NCBI GenBank assembly: GCA_046351615.1
Contig: JAXLYF010000011.1
Location: 1 to 10,881 of the forward strand
From: Polyangia bacterium
Lineage (GTDB): Bacteria > Myxococcota_A > Polyangia > Palsa-1104 > JAEUJZ01
Direction: 5' to 3'
Length of the DNA: 10,881 bases
Every line of letters starts with the position of its first letter. The first letter of the stretch is position 1. Made by a program: the position numbers and the translations under genes. The notes under the pieces were generated by a model that worked only from the letters and a program-made list of their open reading frames with translations, did no database searches and was not told the DNA's origin. This document shows positions 1-7,189 of this stretch, piece by piece.

Positions 1-413
1 AGCGGCGATAGGTCGGAGACGTGTCCCCACGCCAGCTTCAGCGACACGAGGTTTGCTGATATCGGCCACAGCAGGCGTAGGTCGCTTGGCGGGTTTCTTT
101 TGGCAAAGAAGACGCACGTAAGCTCTCGTCGATTGGCCAGATCGGTCAGCGATTGAATGTCAAACGCCGGCAGCCTACTGTCCAATAGCAGCCGTGCGAG
201 CGAGATCTTGAACTTCCGCGCGAGCTTCCTGCCGCGCTCAATGTTCGCGGGAACACCAGTACAGACCATGCGAAACAGATAATCGGGTAGCAGCGGTGCG
301 GGATCGACGCCCTGCGCAGCGCACAGCGCCTTTCCTTGTGCGACCTCTGCACGATCGTCACTACAGATCAATGCAAGCAGCGGATCCAGTGATGCTGACA
401 GCGGAGGTGACAT
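1..413 (-). CDS. hypothetical protein; only the 5' part is in the window (ATG at 413-411, ORF runs off the left edge)
   Basis: I translated the reverse complement by hand: MSPPLSASLDPLLALICSDDRAEVAQGKALCAAQGVDPAPLLPDYLFRMVCTGVPANIERGRKLARKFKISLARLL... with no stop through position 1. It is absent from the supplied track, presumably because it is open-ended. Composition is protein-like and GC matches the high-GC flank. No family recognised. Confidence 0.35.
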   Translation of the reverse strand, partial: MSPPLSASLDPLLALICSDDRAEVAQGKALCAAQGVDPAPLLPDYLFRMVCTGVPANIERGRKLARKFKISLARLLLDSRLPAFDIQSLTDLANRRELTCVFFAKRNPPSDLRLLWPISANLVSLKLAWGHVSDLSP

Positions 414-578
414 GGAGTCTTGATGCTACCACAAACCGACGAAGCGCTGCGCCCACGATGGGGATCGGCGCATTCGGTAAAAAGGCATATCAAGACAATA
501 TACCAATAAAAAGATCACTTGTCAGGGCCTTGACGACTTTAGGATGGATGGTGAAATTAAGCAAAACGGAGGCTGAAT

Positions 579-1082
579 ATGGCAAAAAAATTTCCGGTTC
601 ACCCATTCATTGAAAAGCTCACCAAAGGTAACAATTCAGCGGTGACGCTCAGGGCGCTTCGTGGCTTCATCGGTCATGGACCTACAGAAGACATCATCAG
701 AATCTATCTGGACCTATCGCTGGATCGCTATATCGATGTTCCAGAACAATATGTTCATCATGTAAAAAATCAAAACAAAGCAGAAACAGAGCATGAGCCT
801 TCTGAGATCTGGCTTGATGCAAAGACGCCACTAACGCTGGACGATCTATATCGCATCGTGCTGCAAGGTGGCTGGATTGGACCCGTTGAAAATCCAATCA
901 AACCGAAACCAACTGTAGTGAATCCGATCATTGAAAAAGTGAATCTGGACATTCACGCAGATCGAAGTTCTTCTTATTCAACGATTGGAGCCGATAAGAG
1001 AGGGGGAACCATCGAACTAGATCTTGATAAAGATAAGAAGCCAAAGCCTCCGAATCCAAAACCGAAGCGTGGTCGCTCGTAG
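579..1082 (+). CDS. hypothetical protein (167 aa) with a Lys/Pro-rich C-terminus; encoded in the lower-GC island
   Basis: ATG is preceded by GGAGG at a 7-nt spacing (..aaacGGAGGctgaatATG). The ORF is markedly more AT-rich than its flanks. The C-terminal tail is KKPKPPNPKPKRGRS. No recognisable domain. Confidence 0.55.
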   Translation: MAKKFPVHPFIEKLTKGNNSAVTLRALRGFIGHGPTEDIIRIYLDLSLDRYIDVPEQYVHHVKNQNKAETEHEPSEIWLDAKTPLTLDDLYRIVLQGGWIGPVENPIKPKPTVVNPIIEKVNLDIHADRSSSYSTIGADKRGGTIELDLDKDKKPKPPNPKPKRGRS

Positions 1083-1153
1083 GGAAGCTTGCGCTAGCAA
1101 CTGGGTATAACGGACGCGCCAGTGGCCGTCTCTTGACATGCTGAGGGCTCAAC

Positions 1154-2545
1154 ATGCGTACACTTTCGCTGCTAGGAACGAGTCTGCTGATGGCTGTGAC
1201 GACAATGGGCTGTCGTCCCATGTTGCCAAGCTTGCCGCAGTCTCGCAATGAAATGGCCAAGGCGTTGGATCATCTTCAGTGGTATACAGATGCCTATGGC
1301 TTTGGTGCAATGTCTACGCCCTTGTTTGTAAACCCAGATGAGATGTTTCACTTTCGACTCTCTGGCGTTTCGGCCAACACATTCTTTGATGCAGCCAGAA
1401 AAGAAATCAATGTCCGTCACGCTGGCGCGGGTATGAGCTTGTTAAGCGTTGGAACCAGCCTGACCGGACAGTTTGATATCGCTGCAATTCAGCAAGGCTT
1501 GGCAGCGCAGTCGAACTACCAGGCAGAAATGGCGACCGTTCAGGAAAAAAGACGCGTACTAGATGCCGCTGCGCGCCGGGAATACGAAGCAGATCGACTG
1601 GCCGCCCAAGCCGTCACGGATCCAATAGAGCGAGAGAGAAAGCTGGCGGAGGCGGATCGGAAGCTGGCTGCCAGCCTGTCTGGGCCTGCCGCAGATGCGA
1701 GTCCGAAGCCAGCTGTGACCTCAGGCGCTACCGCTGATGCCGCCAAGTCAACCAGCACATCTTCACAGCAGCTGGCCTTTCCGCAGAGCTTGATGGCTGC
1801 GAGCTCAGCAAGTCCATCCAATGAGATGCGCAGTGCCCTGCTGATGGCTGCCGGGGATACGGCCACCTATGCGATCCTGTCTCTCCTCGGCGAGCCCGAG
1901 AAAATGAGCCAATTTACGGGACAGAAGGTCTTGTTTGGCGTCTCGACCGTATCCGTCAATCCGGGCTGGCTGACAACGCAGAACTTCGCAGCCGATGTGT
2001 CAACCAAAGTCTCGATGACGTATGTCCCAGCTCGTCAGGTTGTACGTGATGCACTGATTGAGCACTTAAACACAATTGCCAAACAACCCACAGACAAAAG
2101 CCCAGACAAAATCCAAGACAGATCACAGACTACACAGAAGGCATCAGCGGCGAATTCATCAAATGCGTTCACTCAGCTGAGTCAGTGCATTACGGAATCG
2201 CTTCAGGTGGCCACCCCGGATGTTTCATCGTGGTGTGATGATTTTGAATCTGAACCAAAGAAGACCCTTGAGAAGATATCAGAGCCTTATCATCAAGAGC
2301 TGCTGAATCGATACATCCTGCGCTCCTGTAAGCCCAGTGATGTCTTGGTTTCGGCGGTGTCGCCGATGTCTGATGCGCAGCTGCTGGACTCACAGAGCTC
2401 GCTGAGTCGCCAGGTTGAGCTGGCCGCGCGAATCCAGCTTGCGCTGAGCTATGCAGGTGCCAAGGCCGCTGCCTTTCACCTGATCACATCTTCCCTTTCC
2501 GACGGAGAATTTGGCCGAGGAAGGGTTCTAGGGATTTGGCGATAG
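1154..2545 (+). CDS. putative secreted/lipoprotein, Ala/Ser/Thr-rich with a coiled-coil-like middle; the 3' end reads into the IS element, so the native C-terminus is probably altered
   Basis: GAGGG lies 8 nt upstream of the ATG. The N-terminus MRTLSLLGTSLLMAVTTMGC looks like a signal peptide with a lipobox-like Cys20. The last ~29 codons (from ~2458) lie inside the proposed IS left inverted repeat and overlap the transposase 3' end by 60 nt on the opposite strand. Confidence 0.6.
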   Translation: MRTLSLLGTSLLMAVTTMGCRPMLPSLPQSRNEMAKALDHLQWYTDAYGFGAMSTPLFVNPDEMFHFRLSGVSANTFFDAARKEINVRHAGAGMSLLSVGTSLTGQFDIAAIQQGLAAQSNYQAEMATVQEKRRVLDAAARREYEADRLAAQAVTDPIERERKLAEADRKLAASLSGPAADASPKPAVTSGATADAAKSTSTSSQQLAFPQSLMAASSASPSNEMRSALLMAAGDTATYAILSLLGEPEKMSQFTGQKVLFGVSTVSVNPGWLTTQNFAADVSTKVSMTYVPARQVVRDALIEHLNTIAKQPTDKSPDKIQDRSQTTQKASAANSSNAFTQLSQCITESLQVATPDVSSWCDDFESEPKKTLEKISEPYHQELLNRYILRSCKPSDVLVSAVSPMSDAQLLDSQSSLSRQVELAARIQLALSYAGAKAAAFHLITSSLSDGEFGRGRVLGIWR

Positions 2546-3833
2546 CGAAGAGTTCTTGTTTGGTGTGAATCTGGATAAGCTGCATGGCGCCGAGGAAAAG
2601 CAGTGCTCCACGCAGCAGCATCGTGGGTCCGACGGGATCTTTGCGGCGACCCGACCAGCCGCCGAGCTTGGCGAGGGTTTGTCGGAGCTGGACAGACTTG
2701 TCATCGCTGGCGGCGCTGAGTTGATAGACGCAGGAGGCGGCCATCTGCACGAGGAGCAGACGACGGGCGATGCGCTCGGCGTTTTCCTGATGCCAGCATT
2801 CGAGGCGGAAGCCGATTTTTTCGAAGTAGAACAGGCGCTCGATTTTCCAGCGGCACAGGTAGCGTTCCACGACGGAAAACGCAGGCTCCGCAAGGTTTGT
2901 GAGGAGCACCCAGCGCAGCGTCTTTTCACCCTCGCGGTGCAGCTCAGACACGACGACACGCACGGTCAGCGGCGCGCCGGGCTGCGGCTTCTGACGGCGC
3001 TTCTGCACCCCTCGCAGCGACGGACGAACCAGTGTCACCTGCGTCTGTGCGACCCTCAGCTCGTAGGTGGCTTGGCCCCGCGCGAGGCGACGGGTCACTT
3101 CGCCGACGGGCTGGAGCTTCAGCGACAGAAGGTGCGTGCCGAGCGAGCGCTGCTGGCCATGCACAGCGACGAGACGCGACAGGTTTCGGCAGCGCACGAC
3201 ATAGCGACGGTCCGCCAGATGCCGAAGCAGCTTCACGTCGTCGAACTCGCGATCGAACAAGTGAATCAGGTGGCGCTGCGGCAGGAGTTTCTCGACGGCA
3301 TCGACCGCTCGCTCGGCTTGCTCAAGATGGTCCACAAACGGCAGCGGCTCGTCGCACAGCGAAGACAGAACCCCGGACTGAGCGCGCAGCTCAGTAACCG
3401 CTGCACCGATGGGAGAACCCTCGACAATGACGAGGGTCTGAAACAGCTCGTAGCCAAAGGTGTGGTCGTTACCGACGGGAATCAAGTCCTCTTTGCGCTG
3501 ATGTCCCGTGTAATTGAGGACCGACACATCATGTGCGACACATGCCGTTTGCGACGGAGAAACCTGCTCTCGCAGCCGTGCCTGCATCGGCGCATGCAGA
3601 GCTGTCCTCGTCACACCCTCGTGGTCGAAAAAGCGATAGGCCCCTCGCGTAAAGGCCTCCTGAGTGTCGTCGGCAGGAGCCAGACACCCGAGGCTGCTCG
3701 GCGAATGCCCGCGCACCATCGACTGCACGAGCTTGGCTGCGCGACGACGGAGTCGCTGATCCGGCAGGGGCACATCTTGAAGCAAGGTCTCAAGGTTCAG
3801 CATGCTCCGTCGCAAAAGCAGCTTCCTTGCCAG
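2458..3833 (-). mobile_element. IS4-family (Tn5/IS50-like) insertion sequence; boundaries approximate
   Basis: Contains a single transposase ORF. Candidate imperfect terminal inverted repeats are 2458-2477 (tgccaaggccgctgcctttc) and the reverse complement of 3813-3832 (tggcaaggaagctgcttttg), matching at 15 of 20 positions. No clean target-site duplication is visible. The ~1.38 kb length with a 1.33 kb ORF is compact, as in IS50. Confidence 0.55.
2484..3815 (-). CDS. DDE transposase, IS4 family (Tn5 Tnp-like)
   Basis: C-terminal signature YLCRWKIERLFYFEKIGFRLE corresponds to the Y-(2)-R-(3)-E-(6)-K motif of Tn5 Tnp (YTHRWRIEEFHKAWKTGAGAE). N-terminal similarity to Tn5 Tnp is visible by eye (RGAYRFF.. 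vs EGAYRFI..; DQRLRRRAAKLV vs DPRRTARLVNV). The track start is TTG at 3815, preceded by AAGGAAG at a 6-nt spacing. An alternative ATG at 3803 gives MLNLETLL. Confidence 0.85.
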   Translation of the reverse strand: MRRSMLNLETLLQDVPLPDQRLRRRAAKLVQSMVRGHSPSSLGCLAPADDTQEAFTRGAYRFFDHEGVTRTALHAPMQARLREQVSPSQTACVAHDVSVLNYTGHQRKEDLIPVGNDHTFGYELFQTLVIVEGSPIGAAVTELRAQSGVLSSLCDEPLPFVDHLEQAERAVDAVEKLLPQRHLIHLFDREFDDVKLLRHLADRRYVVRCRNLSRLVAVHGQQRSLGTHLLSLKLQPVGEVTRRLARGQATYELRVAQTQVTLVRPSLRGVQKRRQKPQPGAPLTVRVVVSELHREGEKTLRWVLLTNLAEPAFSVVERYLCRWKIERLFYFEKIGFRLECWHQENAERIARRLLLVQMAASCVYQLSAASDDKSVQLRQTLAKLGGWSGRRKDPVGPTMLLRGALLFLGAMQLIQIHTKQELFAIAKSLEPFLGQILRRKGKM

Positions 3834-3941
3834 CCCGAAAAAAGCGCTCTGCCCGTCGCTGAGGGCAACTCATCGGGCGCTTACATCAGGCCCTCAGTCG
3901 TCCGAATCCCGGATCCCAGACGGCCAGCCGGACATGTGACC

Positions 3942-5099
3942 ATGGGAAAGGCCGCTGCAGATACCTTTGGACAGTGGGCCAAGCGACAACAAGAGGACAT
4001 TCAGAGCCGATCGGCCAATGTGGTGGTGAACTCGTACAGCATGTCCGGTGGTATCTTTGGGTTTCAGGTTGGACCGAAGCTGCTCGCTTCGCCATCACAG
4101 AGCAGCGGCTCTGCCTCTGTAGAAAAGCTAACCCGTCAGTCGTTCCCAACACTGCTGATCATGGGCTATGACGAGCAGGAAGTGGGGGCTCGGGTTCTGA
4201 TTAAAAAAGAAGAATCGACCAAAAAGACCTACTGTCACGTAGTAGAGCCAGACCTCAGACTTGATACCATGACAAGCTGGAAGCCATTGAATAAAAAAGC
4301 GGACGTGTTGTCAGAAAAAGAGTTCTATGCAGTGCGTCATCAGGCAAGAGATGCGTGGCTTGGACTTATGGCATCCGATGACAGGCTAAAGAAACATCGA
4401 GGATCTGGGCTGATTGCGAACGCCGATCCGATGAAGTTGTATACAGATCGACAGCACTACTATAAGCATATGGAACATCTGCTGTCACGACTAGAAGGTG
4501 TTGGTTATCATACAACACTTCCGATTGAAGCACTCAAGGCACAGCTTGCGAAAAAGGATGCTTGTGCCAAGTGTGAAGCTCCAAAGATCACGGCAGTATC
4601 GCCTGATGTGATCTGGCTTGGGCGAGACCAAGCAGGCAAGCCAATGTCCAAGACGGTACAGATTGTGCTGGTCGGCACTGGGCTGGACAAAGTGAATGAA
4701 GCGCAGATCGAGCAAGGCAGCGCCTTCGGGTTCAATTCGGAAGGGAAGGAGTCCAAGAAACCAGTGATTGAGAAAGTTGGCGGCTCGCGTTTGCTGACGT
4801 TGCGCGTTGACGCTGCGGACAGCCCACTGGTGTTGACGCTGCCAGTCAAGGATCCTGACGTTGTGATTCGACTGCCGGCCATCAAGGTGGCGATGGAGCC
4901 AGCACCGAGCACTCCGCTGAAGATTGAACACACGAAACCATCGGGGACGGAGTCCTTCAGCTTCCCGAAGGGAACGTCAGATGATGTCATCAAGGCAGTG
5001 GTGCAAAAAGACGCTCCGGTCAGAGCTGCCCCAGCGAGCGGACAGCCGGATCGCAAGCCCATCCAGCAGCCGCTCAAGCCAGGGCAGCCAACCCAGTAG
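3942..5099 (+). CDS. hypothetical protein (385 aa) with a Pro-rich C-terminus; this is the likely real gene inside the 2556-5099 fusion ORF
   Basis: First ATG after the IS right end (an alternative GTG is at 3936). Sequence is lower-GC and Lys-rich (e.g. attaaaaaagaagaatcgaccaaaaag). Everything in this frame upstream of 3942 is antisense to the transposase. No strong Shine-Dalgarno sequence and no recognised domain. Confidence 0.5.
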   Translation: MGKAAADTFGQWAKRQQEDIQSRSANVVVNSYSMSGGIFGFQVGPKLLASPSQSSGSASVEKLTRQSFPTLLIMGYDEQEVGARVLIKKEESTKKTYCHVVEPDLRLDTMTSWKPLNKKADVLSEKEFYAVRHQARDAWLGLMASDDRLKKHRGSGLIANADPMKLYTDRQHYYKHMEHLLSRLEGVGYHTTLPIEALKAQLAKKDACAKCEAPKITAVSPDVIWLGRDQAGKPMSKTVQIVLVGTGLDKVNEAQIEQGSAFGFNSEGKESKKPVIEKVGGSRLLTLRVDAADSPLVLTLPVKDPDVVIRLPAIKVAMEPAPSTPLKIEHTKPSGTESFSFPKGTSDDVIKAVVQKDAPVRAAPASGQPDRKPIQQPLKPGQPTQ

Positions 5100-5163
5100 T
5101 CCAATGTGGTTGCTGACGTAGTCCCAGCAGCCTTACCGTCGCACTGGGCACAGCTTCGCAACT

Positions 5164-5172
5164 TTTGCCATA
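5164..5172 (+). promoter_or_regulatory. candidate extended -10 element (TGcCATAAT) upstream of the 5192/5216 gene
   Basis: tttTGcCATAATggg lies 20-45 nt upstream of the candidate starts. No convincing -35. The judgement is by sigma70 analogy only, and the host promoter consensus is unknown. Confidence 0.2.
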
Positions 5173-5191
5173 ATGGGCTGGCGCGATCGGG

Positions 5192-6160
5192 ATGGTGCGA
5201 CGCGCGGCTGGGGGAATGAGCAAGCGGCTCCGCTCACTACTTGTGGAAGAAGGCATGGTGTCGGCGCTGCGGATGGCGCAGGCGCAGGCGCTACAGGTTC
5301 GACGCCGAGGCTGCCTGGATACGTGCTTGCTGGAGCTGCGTGCGATCGACGAGCCATCGCTCTTGCCGTACCTGAGTCGCGCGGCGGAGCTGCCGGTGCT
5401 GGCGGACGGACTGCTCGGGACGCAGCGTCCGCTGCCTGATGTGCTGACGGTGTTTCCGCTGTCGCTGGCCGAGCGCTTTTCAGCGGTGCCGGCGCAGCTG
5501 CTCAGCGATGGTGTGCTGCAAGTGCTGGTGACGGTCGATGCCGAGGCGTCGGAGCTGGAGACGCTGTCGCACATCCTCGCTTACCGGATTGAGCCGTGGG
5601 TGGTCTGCGAGTTTCGCTATCACGAAGCGCTGTCGCTGTGCTTTGGTCAGCCGCTGTCGCCGCGCTTTGTCGAGCTGCTGGCGCAGAGTCAGCGGGTTCG
5701 CCAGCGACGAGCGATACCGGTTCCACTGTGGAAAGGTCACTTGCCGCGCTTCGGGAGCCTGGATGCTGCGCGAACGCTGCTGGCCCTGCGTCCGCCTGCG
5801 CCGCTTCCTCCGCCCATCGTGGAACCGACGGTGGAACCAGTCGTGGAACCAGTCGTGGAACCAGTCGTGGAACCAGTCGTGGAACCGAGCGTGGAACCGA
5901 GCGTGGAGCCGAGCGTGGAACCGGCTGTGGAACCGAGCGTGGAACCGAGCGTGGAACCGAGCGTGGAACCGAGCGTGGAACCGGCTGTGGAACCGAGCGT
6001 GGAACCGAGCGTGGAACCCGTTGTGGGCGATCCCGATGTCGTGACGGTCAAAGAGCATCGTCGTCGGCAGTATTACGGTCCGGGTCGCAGCTTGGTTCGC
6101 TGGATCACGGTGAAGAGCTACACCCACCGTCGCGCAGCGCCCCATGTAAAGTCGAGCTAG
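5192..6160 (+). CDS. protein with an N-terminal region resembling the T2SS-E/MshE N-terminal (T2SSE_N) domain, followed by a (VEPx)17 repeat linker and a short basic C-terminus
   Basis: [62 protein letters not shown] and ..[47 protein letters not shown] match the two halves of the T2SSE_N pattern (LGELLVexG.i..eqL..AL..Q ... vA.adP.d....del.f.tg..vepv.a...ei..al...yg). The start could instead be ATG 5216 (MSKRL...). The tandem-repeat region is 5819-6022. Confidence 0.75.
   Translation: MVRRAAGGMSKRLRSLLVEEGMVSALRMAQAQALQVRRRGCLDTCLLELRAIDEPSLLPYLSRAAELPVLADGLLGTQRPLPDVLTVFPLSLAERFSAVPAQLLSDGVLQVLVTVDAEASELETLSHILAYRIEPWVVCEFRYHEALSLCFGQPLSPRFVELLAQSQRVRQRRAIPVPLWKGHLPRFGSLDAARTLLALRPPAPLPPPIVEPTVEPVVEPVVEPVVEPVVEPSVEPSVEPSVEPAVEPSVEPSVEPSVEPSVEPAVEPSVEPSVEPVVGDPDVVTVKEHRRRQYYGPGRSLVRWITVKSYTHRRAAPHVKSS
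5819..6022 (+). repeat. 17 tandem copies of a 12-bp unit (gtggaaccgagc and variants) encoding VEP[TVSA]
   Basis: Read directly from the sequence. Units stay in codon phase. Only the third/fourth codon of each unit varies (acg/gtc/agc/gct/gtt). Preceded by PPAPLPPP. Confidence 0.95.
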
Positions 6161-6226
6161 CGACTGCGGACGCGGCGCGGTGAATCGATCCCAGCGCAGT
6201 GCCAAAAGCGGTTACGATCGAAGGGC

Positions 6227-6868
6227 TTGGACCCGCGCATCTACTCATCCAGTCAGGTCTGTCGTGTTCATGTCGAGCTGACGACTCGCTGTAACGCTGC
6301 GTGTCCGATGTGTCCGCGAACGCGAGCGGGCGGCGCACCCAACCCGAACCTGCCGCTTGTGGAGCTTCGGCTTACCGACGTGCAGACGATGTTTCCACCG
6401 GAGGTGCTTGGGCGACTCAAGCAGTTTCTGTTCTGTGGCAACTACGGCGATGCGCTGACGGCGCGCGATACGCTTCCGATCTGTGAGTACCTGCGGGCGC
6501 ACAACCCGAAGCTGCGGATCAAGCTGGTGACGAACGGCTCGGGACGCGATGCGGCGTTTTGGTCGCAGCTTGCCAAGGTGGTGACGACGGTGACGTTTAG
6601 CATCGACGGACTGGGAGACACCAACCAGCTCTATCGTCGTCGCACCAGCTGGAATCGCGTGATGGACTCGGTGCGCGCGTATCTGGCTGCGGGCGGACGG
6701 GCCGAGTGGGACTTCCTGGTCTTTCGTCACAACCAGCATCAAGTTGCGGAAGCCGAAGCGCTCGCGCGTCAGCTTGGCTTTGCCAATCATGTGGCGCTGC
6801 CGCTCGTCGGGAAGCAGCGCCTGTGCCGGCTGCGTGGGAAGTGTTCGGGAAGTCGGCGCTGCAGGTGA
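6227..6868 (+). CDS. radical SAM enzyme, N-terminal fragment of a gene split by a 3-kb insertion (probable pseudogene)
   Basis: VHVELTTRCNAACPMCPR carries the canonical CX3CX2C [4Fe-4S]/SAM cluster motif. LFCGNYGDALT corresponds to the GGEP-like SAM-binding motif, LRIKLVTNGS to the xTNG motif, and VTFSIDG to the ribose motif. Only 213 aa, against 330-450 for typical family members. Start is TTG in the track, with no in-frame ATG. After the 15-bp repeat at 6772-6786 the frame runs 27 more codons of probable non-native sequence to a stop. Confidence 0.75.
   Translation: MDPRIYSSSQVCRVHVELTTRCNAACPMCPRTRAGGAPNPNLPLVELRLTDVQTMFPPEVLGRLKQFLFCGNYGDALTARDTLPICEYLRAHNPKLRIKLVTNGSGRDAAFWSQLAKVVTTVTFSIDGLGDTNQLYRRRTSWNRVMDSVRAYLAAGGRAEWDFLVFRHNQHQVAEAEALARQLGFANHVALPLVGKQRLCRLRGKCSGSRRCR
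6772..6786 (+). repeat. 15-bp perfect direct repeat, left copy (gcttggctttgccaa), inside the radical SAM N-fragment
   Basis: An identical 15-mer is at 9820-9834, in the same codon phase (g|ctt|ggc|ttt|gcc|aa) in both ORFs. Flanking bases differ (a/t here, c/g there). Confidence 0.8.
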
Positions 6869-7189
6869 TGCGCGTGGGCGTGCGTAGGCTGTAGGGAACG
6901 ACCAGCACAGCGCGCAGGTAGACCCAGCTGCGGTTTTTCATCGCGGATGTCGCGGAGTTGGGCGGCGGACATGGCGTAGACCGTCGGATCGCTGGCAAGG
7001 TTGTGCTATTGTGGATCGCAGTGTCTCGGTTGTCCGTCGCTGGTGGGGGAAATGCACTGGCCTTTTAGTGCGTGCGTCCAGCCCTGGATGCCACGTCATT
7101 TCCGGTGCTTGGCGTGGCGTCCGAGTGAATCGGTTTGGACAGCTCGCGTCGACGCACCCATCGAAGCCTGAGCGCAAGGAGTCGCTACC

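Noticed and set aside
146-613. Track ORFs 146-361 (-) and 296-613 (+)
   Set aside because: Both are short and Arg/Cys-rich. They overlap the more convincing partial minus-strand ORF 1-413 in other frames and lack RBS support.
1133-1138. Perfect TTGACA hexamer
   Set aside because: It lies only 15 nt upstream of the ATG at 1154, with no -10 element at the right spacing. It cannot serve as the -35 of that gene's promoter.
2556-5099. 847-aa plus-strand ORF
   Set aside because: Its first 420 codons (2556-3815) are exactly antisense to the clearly real IS4-family transposase. GC-rich antisense frames commonly stay open. Only the part from ATG 3942 onward, which has distinct low-GC composition, is treated as a gene.
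5074-5574. Minus-strand 166-aa Ser/Ala-rich ORF and plus ORF 5173-5439
   Set aside because: They overlap the 3' end of 3942-5099, and the T2SSE_N gene, in other frames. They are low-complexity and have no supporting signals.
5819-6022. Possible CRISPR array
   Set aside because: The repeats are contiguous 12-bp units with no spacers. They lie in phase inside a coding sequence, so this is not a CRISPR architecture.
5480-6205. Minus-strand 241-aa ORF with [10 protein letters not shown] repeats, plus the alternative plus-frame ORFs 5538-6044 (WNQSWN repeats) and 5596-6183 (TSRGTERG repeats)
   Set aside because: These are other-frame or antisense readings of the 12-bp tandem repeat inside the 5192-6160 gene. 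The (VEPx) frame is continuous with a recognisable N-terminal domain.
6597-6998. Minus-strand 133-aa ORF and the small ORFs 6706-6894 (+), 6787-6972 (-), 6938-7177 (-), 7011-7292 (+) in the region upstream of the cargo
   Set aside because: They are Arg/Pro-rich shadow ORFs overlapping the radical SAM fragment or the cargo leader. None has a start or RBS signal. 6869-7189 is treated as non-coding leader.
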